A DNA stretch of 64,000 nucleotides from positions 20,338,001-20,402,000 of the forward strand of contig NC_086097.1 in the NCBI RefSeq assembly GCF_963921235.1, read 5' to 3'. The stretch is from Mobula hypostoma (Eukaryota). Below the pieces are notes generated by a model, which saw only the letters and a list, made by a program, of their open reading frames with translations, was not told where the DNA came from and did no database searches. Shown piece after piece: positions 25,661 through 38,796 of this stretch. The position numbers and the translations under genes are program-made. Each line of letters opens with the position of its first letter. Position 1 is the first letter of the stretch.

Positions 25661-25696
25661 AGTCCTGACGAAGGGTCTCGGCCTGAAACGTCGACT
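25661..25696 (+). ncRNA. Putative minimal type I hammerhead ribozyme (copy B) inside Penelope-type repeat 25637-25795
   Basis: Stem I AGUC/GACU, core CUGACGA, extra A, stem II GGGU-CUCG-GCCU, then GAAACGUC with predicted cleavage after C25692. Repeat flanked by TSD CAGTGAGGAT (25624-25633 / 25796-25805). Confidence 0.72.
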
Positions 25697-27166
25697 GTAC
25701 CTCCTCCTAGAGATGCTGCCTGGCCTGCTGCGTTCACCAGCAACTTTTATGTGTGTTGCTTGAATTTCCAGCATCTGCAGAATTCCTGTTGTTTGCAGTG
25801 AGGATTATGCATGTGTTGCCATGCTTCTGGTGCTAACATAGCTCACGAAGCCTAACTTTGGAATATGAGAGGAAACCGGAACACCCAGAGGAATTTCCTC
25901 AAATCAATGGGGAGAAACTGCAAGCTCCTTACAGAAATTGAAACAGAAAGCAGGAATTGAACTCTGCTTTATTTTTGTAAATTTAATTTAATTGCTTGAT
26001 AATTTTTTTGCTGGCTATGTTACTGTGCCCCCATTCCCCCCCCCCAACATTAACAGCCCCATGTTAGGCAGATGCTCCATTACACCAATTGTTCTGATAA
26101 ATCTTTGCAGTCACCACTATCACACAGATGGGTAGGAAGACTGGTTTGTTTGAATAATGAGGAAGGGAGGGAGAGTGCGAGGTTAGATTGGTGGAGTTTG
26201 TTGTCTTTGGAAGGGTGGGGTGTGGTAGACGTGGGAGGTGGCAGTGGGGGGTACACCAGAGGTAGGGTGTAGATAGTGGCAAGCCTTTCCCCATAACAGG
26301 TGTGTAAGACTCGGGCTTAGTTTAGGGCAGTTTTATCGGACGATGACCCTGACGTCAATAGTGGGTGAATTATTGGAAGGTATTCTCAGGGAGAGGATAT
26401 ATAATTTGGGTAAGTAGTTGGAATATGGAACACTTTTTTTAGGGGTGCTGGGGGCAGAAGCTCTTGCAACATTTAAGTAATGTTGAGATGAACACTCGAA
26501 TCAACATAGCAGCAAAGGCTAAAGACCAAGTTTGATAGATTGGTCACTGTGGACTTTGTGGGCTGAAAGGCCCGGTATCGTACTCTGACAGTATTCCATA
26601 TACCATCTCCTGAGGGTGTTGTATAATTTCAGGAAGACACTTGCAATGCTCTACCCCGAAGAAGGGTCTCGGCCCGAAACCTTGACCATCTATTCATTTC
26701 CACAGATGCTGCCTAACCTGGTGTGTGTGTGTGTGTTGCTCCAATGTACTATTTACGTGTAAGGCCACTGGGATCTCTTCTGAGCCTCTTGGATTCCCAG
26801 CATCTGCAGTTCTTGCTTAGAGAGATCAAAACTTAAAATATAAAATGGACAAATGCTTGAACTCCAAGTTCGGCAGCATCTGAGGAGAGAGGAGTGGAAC
26901 TAATTCTGGGTTGGTGACTTCTTATTGAAAGAAGGCAAAGATAAAATATGTTTTGTAGAAGGGAAGGGGACTTGGGAATAAAGGCAATGTCTGTGACAAG
27001 GAGGAATTGGAGAGGAATAGTCCACTAAAAGAATAGTCCTTTTTATTTTCCTGTCATTTATTGCTGATGAAGATGAGGGACTGCTGGGAAACATTGAAAG
27101 GTCCAAATGAGAATGCCATGATAACTCACGAAATTGCTTGGAGTGAGAGGTATTAAGAATTGTAAG

Positions 27167-27727
27167 TGTAACCCTCAGGTTCAGCGAGTGGCTTACTCTT
27201 GGGAAAGACGGCCTCTGGCCCAGCCAAACTTCAGAAATTTTGTTTGGGTGGATGCTGCGCGATGTGTTCGCCTGTTACAAATCAGTACCCCGAAATAACA
27301 AACTGCACACGATACGCATTTAAACGATTGAGCTTTATAATTCTTACTTTGACTATAGGGTTAGTAAAGAAACAAAAAAGGAAAAAGGCCCCTTCTCATG
27401 AAACAGTTGGAGCTCACGGTTTTCCTGTCGGTTCGTTCTCCATCGATTCCACACCCCACACCCCGCCCTCCCCGGTGTTGATTCCTGGCCCCATTTCAAG
27501 TCCACTCTGTCCTGCAGACTGCGACTTCTCCGTTCTGGTATCTGCTGTCTCCATCTTCTGCCAAACAAAGACCTCAAAACCTTCACTCAAGCACACAAGA
27601 AAGAAAAATGTCTCCTCTCATTGGCCAGTGCACATTCCAAAGCCCCCGTTATCTCTAGTCATAGCCCAAACACTGCGCTACAGAGAAACCATTATATTAA
27701 GAGGGAAACCTTTTCAAAGTTGTTACG
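27167..27727 (-). mobile_element. Solo LTR, family 2 (Gypsy-like termini)
   Basis: TGTAAC...GTTACG termini, 5-bp TSD GTAAG/TTAAG (1 mismatch). Orientation is inferred from minus-strand CCAAT. Confidence 0.65.
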
Positions 27728-27844
27728 TTAAGAAATCCACAAGAATCTTAATGGAACTCATGGTGCAATAATCGTGCGCCTCGCTCCAGATAAGAAGGCT
27801 GGCTATTCCAATCGCATCAGGATCAAGAATACCTTGCTGTTTAA

Positions 27845-28440
27845 GGTTGAAAGAGTACAGAGAAAATTTTGAAGCATTTTAACAGGACTTGAGGACATGA
27901 GATAAGTTGAATAGGTTAGGATGACTTTCTCTGGAGCATAGGAGAATAAGGGTGTTTTGATAACAGGTATACAAAATTATGAGGGGTATAGATAGGATAA
28001 ATTCCACTGAGATCGGGCGAGGCGAAAGCAAGAAGTCATGGGTTAAGGATGAACGGTGGAATACTCAAGAGGAACCTGAAGGGGAACTTCACTCAGAGGG
28101 TGGTGTGAATGTGCAACGAGATGCCAGTGGAAGTACTGGATTTGGCTGCCAGTCCTGCTGAAGGGTTTGGGCCTGAAACATTGGCTGTACTCTTTTCCAT
28201 AGAGGCTGCCTGGCCTGCTGAGTTCCTCCAGCATTTTGTGTGTGTTTCTCAAATTTCCAGCATCTGCAGATTTTCTCTTGTTTGTACTAGATACGGAGAA
28301 GTTTGGATAGGTACGTGAATGGGAAAGGTATGGAGGGCTATGGTGCAGGTGTGGATCAGTGAGACGAGGCAATATAACATTTCAGGATAGACGAGATGGG
28401 CTGAGGGCCCGTTTCTGTGTTATGGTGGTCTTTGACTCTT
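27845..28440 (+). mobile_element. CR1-like 3' fragment containing a Penelope-type repeat (28149-28285)
   Basis: CR1 3' motifs on both sides; the insert starts CAGTCCTGCTGAAGGGTTTGGGCCTGAAACATTGGCTG (decayed hammerhead). Confidence 0.65.
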
Positions 28441-28894
28441 AAGAATATTTGTGGCATGAATTTAAATTGGAAGTAACAAGAGCAACAGCTCAATAAGGTG
28501 ACTATTTTAGGTGTATGTTGAATCACTGAGTATGTGATGTTACCAGGGAGAAACGAGGGAATTGATGGTTCCTGTCTTCAGCTGTGAAGTGAGGGGATCA
28601 ATTTCTGACAAGGGAAGTTGGGGTGGAATGCAGATGAAGTGTTTGTGCAGAGAAAGTTAATCTGGCCAGTTGAGTTGGCCTCAATCAATAATCTGCCTGG
28701 GTGACAGGCAACCAAAGCTTTGCATTGTATCTCAGCACATGTGGCAGTATAATAAACTGAACCCAACCATTTCTGTTTGACAAGGTGTCTGTAGGTAGGA
28801 ATTGGGATCTGAGATGGTGATTGCAGAATTGATCATTGAGGGCAGGCTTCCGAAGAGAGAGGGTATGGGCTTTGAAAGAGTTGGAACTCAGTGC

Positions 28895-29392
28895 CAAGAA
28901 ACCGTATATGACTAAAGGAGCTATATTTATGAACCTGCTTAACGGGAAGGGCTAGTGAAGAAAAGAAAGAGAAAACAAAAGGTCCATTATAATTAAACAG
29001 TCAAATATGCACAAGTTGGAGCTCAACTTGAATTCTGTGTCACTCGAATGCTGGGCTCTCGGTATGTGTGATAGCACACACCACCTTCTGAATGTCGCTC
29101 ATAGTCCATCTCGAACAAACGGGTCTCCCACCAGGTTGTACCTACGACTGGTTCTCCCCAGATCTTTTCTCTTCATCTCCTGCCGAACAAAAGCCCCAAG
29201 ACTGACTTTAGTGTCCCTCACCAAAAAGACCTCCCCTCAGTTCCACCATCCTAATTGATTGGCACACATTCCTCATCACCCTTATCTTCAGCAATAACTT
29301 AAACTGAATGAAAGCAGAACAGACTGCTCTTACAGAACTGCTAAATGAAATACCTACAGCATAACAGTAAAGATGTGAACCAGGGCGTTACA
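28895..29392 (-). mobile_element. Truncated LTR distantly related to family 2
   Basis: Ends CAGGGCGTTACA and shares motifs with 27167-27727 (TAGT.AAGAAA..AAA, ATTGGC....CACATTCC). The other terminus was not found. Confidence 0.45.
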
Positions 29393-31689
29393 TACAGAAG
29401 TGATTTGCCATTGCCTTCTCCTGGGCAGTGCTGTTACAAGACGGGTGACCCCTGCCATTATCAATTCTCTTCGGAGATTGTCTGGCTGGTGTCAGTGGTC
29501 ACGTAACCAGTTCTTGTGATGGGCACCAGCTGCTCAGGCGACCATCCACCACCTGCTCCCATGGCTTCATGTGACCCTGATCGGGCTGCTAAGCAGGTGC
29601 TAGGGTGACCTGCAGGCTAGTGGAGGGGAGGAGCACCTTGTATCTCCTTGGGTAGAGACGTGCTCCCGCCCCGCTGCCCATCGAGCTAACCAGTGAACTG
29701 CAGTTAAAAGGCATTATGTAATTTTGTTGTGGATCAGTTTATAAACCAAAAATGTGAAATAAAAACTTGCAGTCACCAAAATGTCTGGAGCAGAGAAAAC
29801 ATTGGGTTATTGTTGTTCCTTTCTGTGGCTTTCTGGTGCATCAGGCAGCAAGCTTGCCGTTTCTTTAGCATTTTGTCTTGTTTTTTTTGAGGCCGAGTTG
29901 TTCACTCAATGCTCAACCCGGCACGGATGGAAAGCATGCAAGGAGCTGGCCAGATACAAACCTGGGATCACCTGCTTTGCAGTTTGGTGCATATGTCTCT
30001 ACACTGCCAGCCTGCTTCAATGGAAGGAGTTGACTATATATGCGATCTGCTATAAATGGGATGCTGAAATTGCAGTTGGATTTTATAATGTAATTCACTG
30101 GGTGGTGAGAATAATCAGAGTACTGGTTACCTGGCTGTGGTAACCTGTATCTAGAGAGGCCTCATGACCTCTTGCATGCATCTAGTAGATTATTGAATGA
30201 TAGAAATGAGATATGCCTTGTGTTCTATGGGAGACTTTGTCAGTGTATGCAAGATTATCAGTTGAATTCTTTTTCTGTTATCCAAAAGTGCACGTTGAAA
30301 TAAGGAACTGAATTCTATCAGCAGCTGAGACAAATGGGGAGGTTTTTAATTGAGCTTAACTAGATTTTCTACTGTGAATTAATAATTAATCCATATAAAT
30401 GATTGATTGGAAGTGCATACAACACAAAGTTATCAACCATGAAGGGGGTTTATGGGTATTTATGAAAGGACAGCTGTGATAAATTAAAACTGATCCAGTT
30501 AATTGTTCAGTTGTGTACTGTCATATGAAGAGACTAAATCATTATAAACACATAAAGCTAATTGTACCACCATTCATGCTGTTTGTTGTTATTACTGTCC
30601 ATCCTGGTGATCACTATTAACCAGGAACTCACTGTGCCCGACAAGAAGAGGAGTGTAGTGGTGATGGGGAATTCAATGGTCAGAGGAGCAGACAGGAGTT
30701 TCTGTGGACATGAAAGGGAATCACACTTCTTTTGATTAAGAAGTGTCAAAGGTTGTGGGGAGACTGGGGTTGAGATGGATGCTCAATCAGCCACGATGGA
30801 ATGGCGGAGCAGACTCGATGGGCTGAATGGCCTACTTCTGCTCCTATGTCTGCATGTAATTGGATGAATGTCCAGCAGGAAACCGCCTCCTGTCATCTGG
30901 AAGGCAACTCCAATAATGCCCAAAAGAGTTTAACAAAGGAACTCCAGCACCTGGGACATCATTTACACTAAATTTACTTTCCTGAACTACTGCTGCATGT
31001 TACTGCAACGTCATCTGCAAACATTTACTGCAGACTGCTCCACACCCCCAACTACCATCACCAAGAAGTCACCACCCCTTCATGCTCTCCTGGGAGTCTT
31101 GCGCCATCATGATAAGGAAATATACCCTTTATTGCTGGAACTGTGTCCTGGAGTTCAGTCCCCGAAACCGTGCACGTGCAGGTGTTATCTGGCTTTTTGA
31201 AACTCTGGCGGAAGTTGGGCTGACCTTGGTTCTTCAGACAGTATGGGTTGAATAGTTTCCTGTTTGTCTTGTTTGCTGTCCACCAGCAGGAAGCTTGTTT
31301 GGAGGCGAGTTGGAATATTGAAGTGAGAAGGATTGACAAAAGTGAGAGGGTGCAACTTTGTTTTACATTTGTCTGCTTTGAGACTGGATTTACTGTGGTG
31401 CAGTCCTCTTCTATTGGATTCCTCCTTCCAATGATCCCCTCTCAAATCTTAACTCATCCCACTCCTCCCCAACCCACTAACCTTTCCCCTCAACTGGCCT
31501 CACTAAGCATTTGCCAGCCTGTGCTCCCACCCTCCCACATTATTCGGGCTTTTGCCCTTTCCTTTCCAGTCCCGATGAAGGTTATTGGCCTGAAACCCCT
31601 CTTCCATAGATGCTGCTTGATTTGCTGACTTCCATCAGCATTTTGCTTAAGGTTTCCAGCATCTAAAGAATTTCCTTTGTGCCCGTGGT

Positions 31690-32040
31690 CTGGTTGGTTA
31701 GTGGGGTGCGAGATGGGGTGACATTTCGCAGAACAGCTGAGTTTGAGATACATTGTTTGCATGCCTGACACCATTTCCCCAAAACTCTTAGTTCTCTCAT
31801 GGCAAGAGATTGCGGATGGAGGAAAGGATGTTCTCGAGGCTTCCTTGGGAAAAGTAACACCTCCAGCGCCCCATGAGCCCATCAACAATGACGACTCAGA
31901 ATGGAGAAGGACCATTCAGGGTGGCATTGAGTCCATGTGTTTGGAAGCCCAAGTATCACCTACTCGCACATTTCATCAAGCCTCACTCCTAACAGTCTGT
32001 GTCCAACATTGGGCTCATCAATCTCCCTGGAACCCATAGA
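31690..32040 (+). mobile_element. Old RTE-like LINE C-terminal fragment
   Basis: ORF 31743..32039 PKLL...GGKDVLEASLGK...DDSEWRRTIQGG resembles the RTE C-terminus. Confidence 0.45.
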
Positions 32041-32877
32041 ATTGTGGTGAAGTAAATCATCCCTGACATCCTCTGAAGTTGTATTTGCAGTTCTTTGCTA
32101 GTGGATCATAGAACAATATAGCCCAGGAGCAGATCCTCTGGCCCACACTTGTATCAAACTAATTAGTGCCACATGTCACAGAAGCATAGGGGCTATCACA
32201 ACCCTTTACAGTCCCAGCAATCAGAAAATCAGGGTTCAGTTTCCACCAATGTGTGTAAGGAGTTTGTACATTCCCCCTGGGGCCATGTGGGTTTCCTCCA
32301 AGTGCTGTAGCTTCCTTCCACATTTCAAAGCCGTACAGTTGTGGGCATGCAATGTTGGCACTGGAAGCGTGGTTCACTGTCGGTCATGATGGAATAGCAG
32401 AGCAGACCCGATGGGCCGAATGGCCTAATTCTACTTCTGTGTCTTATGGACATTTATATGCTGTCCTCAGCACATACTTGGGTTGTGTTGGATGCATTCT
32501 ACTGTGAGTTTCTATATACACGTGACAAATAAATGCCTAACCAAACTAATCCCTTCCTACAAGTGCCTGTATCTCCCAATTCCCTGCACGTTTTGTGTGC
32601 TTATCTGGAACCAAGTCACCACGTTTGCAAAGAGCAGGTCTCACAAACAAGGCTTCTACACTGTTCTTCAAAATAATGTCATGAGATCTTTAAATCTGCC
32701 CAAACTTGCATGTTTAGTACTCTTGTTTGTCAGTGTTTGGGCTCAGCTTTGAGGGTGCAGAGTCCAACAGTGTTTCACAGTGAATATTTTCCTGGAAGAA
32801 AATCCAAATTCTACCATGGCATGCAGGGAGTCCAAATTCCACCTGTAACCTTTTGTGGGTGTGAGTTTATTGCTTTT

Positions 32878-35800
32878 ACTTTCCAATATTTTTATTAGTT
32901 TTACATAGAAGAATACAGAGTACAAGAAAGTTATCTATAAAAGGTCAAAAAAGATTTTTAAGAAACCTACCAATTATATCTATTCATAATAATCTCATTA
33001 TTCCGTATTCATGTAACTTAATAGTTATATTGAAATCTACTAATTTATTACAAAAAAATGTCTAACCCCTACCAAGACCGAAGCTGTTTATTAAGGAGAA
33101 AAAAAGGTAAAATACCTTCTTGTATAATAAAAATTAATAATAGCCAACATCTGAATTTAAACAGCAAATTGAAGGTTTTGAAAGTTTTGAAAATAATTTA
33201 GAAAAGGTCCTCAGAACGTTTGAAAGTCTTGACGAGATTCAGAAATTGAACAACTAATCTTCTCTAAATCTAAGCATGACATAACGTCGCATAACCATTG
33301 GGCATGAGGAGGAGAACAAAAACGCCCTCCTAGCTATAAGAGAGCTAAAGGCTAAAATATGTAAATCAGGTGTCTTCAGCTTGATATCTTGTTCTGCAAC
33401 AATACCGAATAGGGCTGTCAGAGGGTTAGGCTTAAAATTGACTTTGAAAAGTAAAGAAAAAGTTTCAAAAACTTCCTTCCAATATTTTTCAAGACTCGGT
33501 CAAGTCCAAAACATATGAATTAATGAAGCTTGTCCATTATTACATCTGTCACAGTAAGGAGCTATATCCGAATAAAAACAAGAAAGCGTATCTTTAGTCA
33601 TATGGACTCTACATACCACCTTAAATTATATGAGGGAATGGCGAGCACATAGCGATGAAGTATTAACCAGTTTAAAAATTTCATTCCAAGTTTCCTCAGA
33701 TACTGATGTCTGTAAATCTTGTTCCCAGAGATTCTTAACTTTGTCTAAAGGAACATTCCTCGTCTCCAGTAACATACCATAAATATTAGATATCGAACCA
33801 TTATGAAAAGGTGTCATATTAAAAATTACATCTAGTAAGTTCTTATAACCGTATAACCATAACAGCACAGAAACAGGCCATCTTGGCCCTTCTAGTCCGT
33901 GCCGAACTCTTACTCTCACCTAGTCCCACCGACCTGCACTCAGCCCATAAGCCTCCATTCCTTTCCTGTCCATATAGCTGTCCAGTTTAACTTTAAACGA
34001 CAACATCGAACCTGCCTCAACCACTTCTGCTGGAAGCTCGTTCCACACAGCTACCACTCTGAGTAAAGAAGTTCTCCTTGAGCTTGATGATTTTTAGCAA
34101 GAGTTGAAATATCTGAGCTTATAGGAAATGTGCGTAATAGAGATCTTAGAAAATCTCTGATTTGTAGATATCTAAAAAAGTGAGTTTGGGCTAAGCTGTA
34201 TTTAGCTGACAATTGCTCAAATGAAAAAAGATTTCCTCTTAACAAACAGATCCCAAAAACATTTAATACCCAACCTGTCCTATTCTTTAAAAACTAAATC
34301 AGTCATGGAGAGTTTAAAAAAAATTAGAGTAAGTGGGACTTAAAAGGGAAAAATCTCAATAAACCAAAATGTTTTCTAAATTGTATCCAGATCCTCAGAG
34401 TATGTTTAACTATTAAATTATGAGTTGGTTTACTTACAAATAAAGGGAGGATCCAAGAAGAGAAATAATAGAAAATTTATTAACAGAGTTAGCTTCTAAA
34501 GAAACCTATACCAGACAGTCTACACGATTAATATAATATAACCAAAATGTAAGATATCGTATATTAACTGCCCAGGAATAAAACCTAAAATTAGGTAAGG
34601 CTAAACCTCCAGACTTTTTAGATTTTTGAAGATGAACTTTATTTAAGCGACCTTTATTTTTCCATATATAGGAGGATAAAATAGATTCAAGAGAGTCAAA
34701 AAAGGATTTAGGAATAGAAACAGGTAAAGCCTGAAAAAGAGAGATAAATTTAGGTAGAATATTCATTTTAATAGAATTAATTCATCTAATCAACGATATT
34801 GAAAGAGGTGACCAATTTAATGATAACCTTTTTACATGGTTCAATAAGAAAGTTTTCTTTAAACAGGTGTTTGTAATTCTGAGTGACTGTTACACCCAAA
34901 TAAGTAAATTGATTCCTTACAATTTTAAAAGAGAGATTAGTATTAATTAATACCAAATTATTTAAAGGAAATAATTCACTCTTATGTAGGTTCAATTTAT
35001 ATCCTGAAAACTGGCTAAAATGGGAGAGTGAAGAATGTACGCAAGGTAGCGAGGTTTCAACATTAGAGATAAAAAGCAATATATCATCAGCATAAAGTGA
35101 GATTTTGTGGGTGGTACCTCTCCTTAAAATACCACAGATATCATTAGATTCTTGACAAGCAATGGCAAGGGGTTCTAAAGCTAGATCAAAAAGCAAAGGA
35201 CTCAACGGACTGCCTTGTCTAGTTCCGTGGTGAAGTTTAAATGGTTTGGAATTTTGAAAATTAGTAAGAACTCGAGCAGAAGGAGATCAATAAAGTAATT
35301 TAATCCATTAAATACAATCTGGTCCAAAATTAAAATTTTCTAAGGTTTTAAATAAATAATTCCATTCAACCCGATCGAAGGCCTTCTCGGCATCTAAGGA
35401 TATCACACATTCCAATATCTCCTGAGAAGGAGAGTAAATAACATTTAGTACACGGTGTATATTAAAATGGGAATGTTGGTTTTTAATAAATCCAGTCTGA
35501 TCATCAGAAATAATAGAAGATCAACTATCTTCAATCCTACGAGCCAGAACTTTAGAAAGAATTTTGGTATCAACATTGAGTAATGAAATTGGCCTATATG
35601 AAGAGCATTCATTTGGGTCCTTGTTCTTTTTTAGGATAAGCGAAATAGAAGCTTCACAAAAAGATTGAAGCAAACTACCCAATTTGAAAGGATCCAAAAA
35701 GACTAGGTATAACTGTGGTATAATTAATGAAGAAAAAACCTTATAAAATTCTTCAGAAAATCCATCTGGACCTGGAGCCTTCCCCAAGTGTAATGAACAT

Positions 35801-38796
35801 ATAGCCTCGGCGATTTCCTCATAAGAAGTGGGTTGATCCATCTGATTGCAGTTACCTGCAGCAAGTGCACAGATATTTAATTGATCTAGAAAATTATTCA
35901 TTACAGTATTATCTTTAGGGGAATCAGAACTATAAAGTTTAGAATAGAATTTCCTAAAGGTACCATTTATTTCAGAGTAATCAGATGTCCTATCACCAGT
36001 AGTTTTGCAAATTTCTTTAATTTGTCATTTAATTATGGAAGTTTTTAATTGGTTGGCCAATACTTTGCCTGATTTATCTCCGTTAATGTAAAATTGAGCT
36101 TTATCTTTAAGAAGTTGAGTTTCAATTGGATATGTTAACAGAAGATCATACTTATTTTTTAACTTCAACATGTCTTTTATATAAAACAGGATCTGGAGCT
36201 ATAGCATATTTTTGATCCAGTTGTTTCAATTGATTAGCTAATTCAATTATTTCTTTATTAGCTTTATTCTTAACACTGGCACTATAAGAAATAATTTGTC
36301 CTCTCATATAGGCCTTGAAAGTATCCCATACAATAAGGTTAGAAGTCTCTTCCTTTTTATTCTCTTCAAAAAACAAGATAATATGCTTCTCTAGAAATTT
36401 TAAAAATTTCTTTTCAGATAACAAAGTTGTAGTAAAACACCAAAATCTGTTGGTTTGAGGAAGACCAGGGAGATTTAAAGATAGAAATACAGGAGCATGA
36501 TCTGAAACAGCAATCTCTTTATATTCACAGGAATGAACTGATGAAATCATTTGACTATCAATAAAAAAAAATCAATCCTGGAATATGTATGATGAACATG
36601 GGAAAAAAATGAGCACTCCCTATCTAAAGGATTTAAAAAAAAATGCCAAATATCAACAATACCACACTTCAATAAGAAAGATTGAATAAACAAAGCTGAT
36701 TTATTAAGAGACGCTGGTTTAGAAGATGATCAGTCTAAAATTGGGTCTAGCCAACAATTAAAATCTCCTCCCATCACCAAAGAATAAAGATTCAGATCTG
36801 GTAAAAAAAACACAAAAAAAAAACGCTCAAAGAATCCTGGATCATCTACATTTGGGGCATACACATTGGCAAATACTATTAATTTATTATCTAGTTTTCC
36901 TGAAACTATAACAAAACGTCCATTAGTATCAGACGCTACTTTATGTTGGACAAAAAAAAAGTGTATTATCTATATGAATCAGAACTCCTCTAGATTTGAC
37001 CTGAAAAGAAGAATGAAAACAAAGTCCGTTCCAATGGCTAGAAAAACGTGGATTATCACATTTGTGTATGTGAGTTCTTGTAAGAAAATAATAGGGACCT
37101 TAAATTTCCTAATATAAGCAAAAATCATTACGTTTAACAGGGTGATTTAACCCTTTCACATTAAAAATAAGTAAATTAATGGTCCATTTTTAATATTTAA
37201 AGGAAGGGTTAAAATGTAAGTTAAAACCAAGCCATAATTCTTGAGAAATGGTAACCAAGCAAAAAGTTGGCTAAAAATTTGAAAACAGCTTCTGAGGGGA
37301 AAAAAAAATCATACCCCTGCCCACCTCCCAAAGAAAGAAGACTGACCAATAGAAAGTCAGCATCTACAAACTACGGATAACCCCCAAAAAAACTGGTTAT
37401 CGCTCCAATTAGTTTCAAGGTTATTTATATTCCAACCTAGACTAAACAGTATCCAAACAAGAAATTCAATTCTCGTGTATCAAAAATACAGTATTAAAAA
37501 ATACGAAAGGAAATTAGTTACAAAAGTTTACCAAAAGTAAACCATACAATTATTCATACAGAAAGACATTAAACATTGATCTTATATCTTCATGAAAAAA
37601 CAGACTAAGCAGTTAGCTTTCAAATTTAAAAAATCTTTGTGCATCAGCATTTAAATGAAACCATTTGAAGGATCCATCTTTAATGAGATTCTCAGTCAAA
37701 CTGAGTAGCCAAGGGACAAGTTAAAACCGTTGTTAAAAAAATTCCAACAAAGCTTGTTTAAACTTAGCATGTTCCTGCATAACCTGAAGCGAATATTCTT
37801 CGAGAATCTTAATATTCCACCCTGGAACCAATCATACCTCTTGGACAGGATTTGCGAATTAAAAGTTTCTCATTTAATCTTGTGTCTTCATGTAAGGACA
37901 AACTAAACAGCTAGCCTTTGGATTTAGCCCCCGGATTTTAAAAAACAGTTGAACGGAACCATTCGAAAGATCCATCTTTAAGTGTGATTCTGAGTCGGGC
38001 TGGGAGGCGAAGGGGAGGCTTGAAACCCTTATTAAAAAGGTCGGACATAACTTCTTTGAACTTAACATGTTCCTGCATAACCTCAGGCGAGTAATCTTCG
38101 ACAATTCTAACCTTACGACCGTGATAGTCAATCATGCCTCTTCGACGAGATTCGCGAATTAAGAGTTCCTTTGTTTTAGATTCCTGAAAACAGGTTATTA
38201 CTGATCTTGGTCTCTGACCCTTAGGAGGTCTAAACGCAGGAGATCTGTGAACTCAATCAATCATAGGCACAGACGTTAAAATCTCCGGAAATAATTCTTG
38301 CAAAAAGTTTGCAAAAGATTCCATAGGATGAGACCCAGAACCCGTAGGTTGTTTCTTCTACTTCTATTTTTCTAGGATGATAATCTTCTGTCTTAATTTT
38401 TTGTTGGACTTTGATTGCTTTTCACAAAGCTTTTGCAAATCATCTACTTCCATTTCCAGAGATGCCAAAATCGCTTCGTTTTTTTTCTAATACGTTTATC
38501 GTGTTCATTAAGAGTTTGTTGAAAAGAATCCAATTTACCATCTATTTGTTTAAATTCAGAGCTGAATTGTTGGAACTTCTCAGAGGCTTCTTGTGTATGA
38601 CTTTGCAGCAGATCCATGATAGAATCCAAAGAAGCAGGGAGATCATCCTTTTTAGTACCTCTGGCCCTCCTTGTATCCATAATGAAAGAATGTCACACTT
38701 AAAAAAGAAGTTTCAAGACAGGTTGGAAATAGTAAGATAACTGGAGTTGGAGCAACGGCAGATTTGTTACTCCATCAGCCACCACCAGGAAATCTC
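32878..38796 (-). mobile_element. Near-full-length decayed L1-clade element (ORF1 + EN/RT ORF2)
   Basis: ORF1-like RIVEDYSPEV...LRLPARLRIT; ORF2 KAPGPDGFSEEFYK, YRPISLLNVDTKILSKVLARR, SLYADDILL, GGLALPNFR. 14-bp TSD AGTTTATTGCTTTT (32864-32877 / 38797-38810). Confidence 0.92.
33846..34082 (-). mobile_element. CR1-like 3' end nested in L1
   Basis: GC-richer block with tail (TAACCA/G)n and AACAGGCCATCTTGGCCCTTCTAGTCC interrupting the AT-rich L1 ORF2. Confidence 0.75.

Noticed and set aside
27199..27771. 190-aa ORF, longest on the + strand
   Set aside because: Lies within a solo LTR, starts at TTG and has no recognisable domain; a chance frame.
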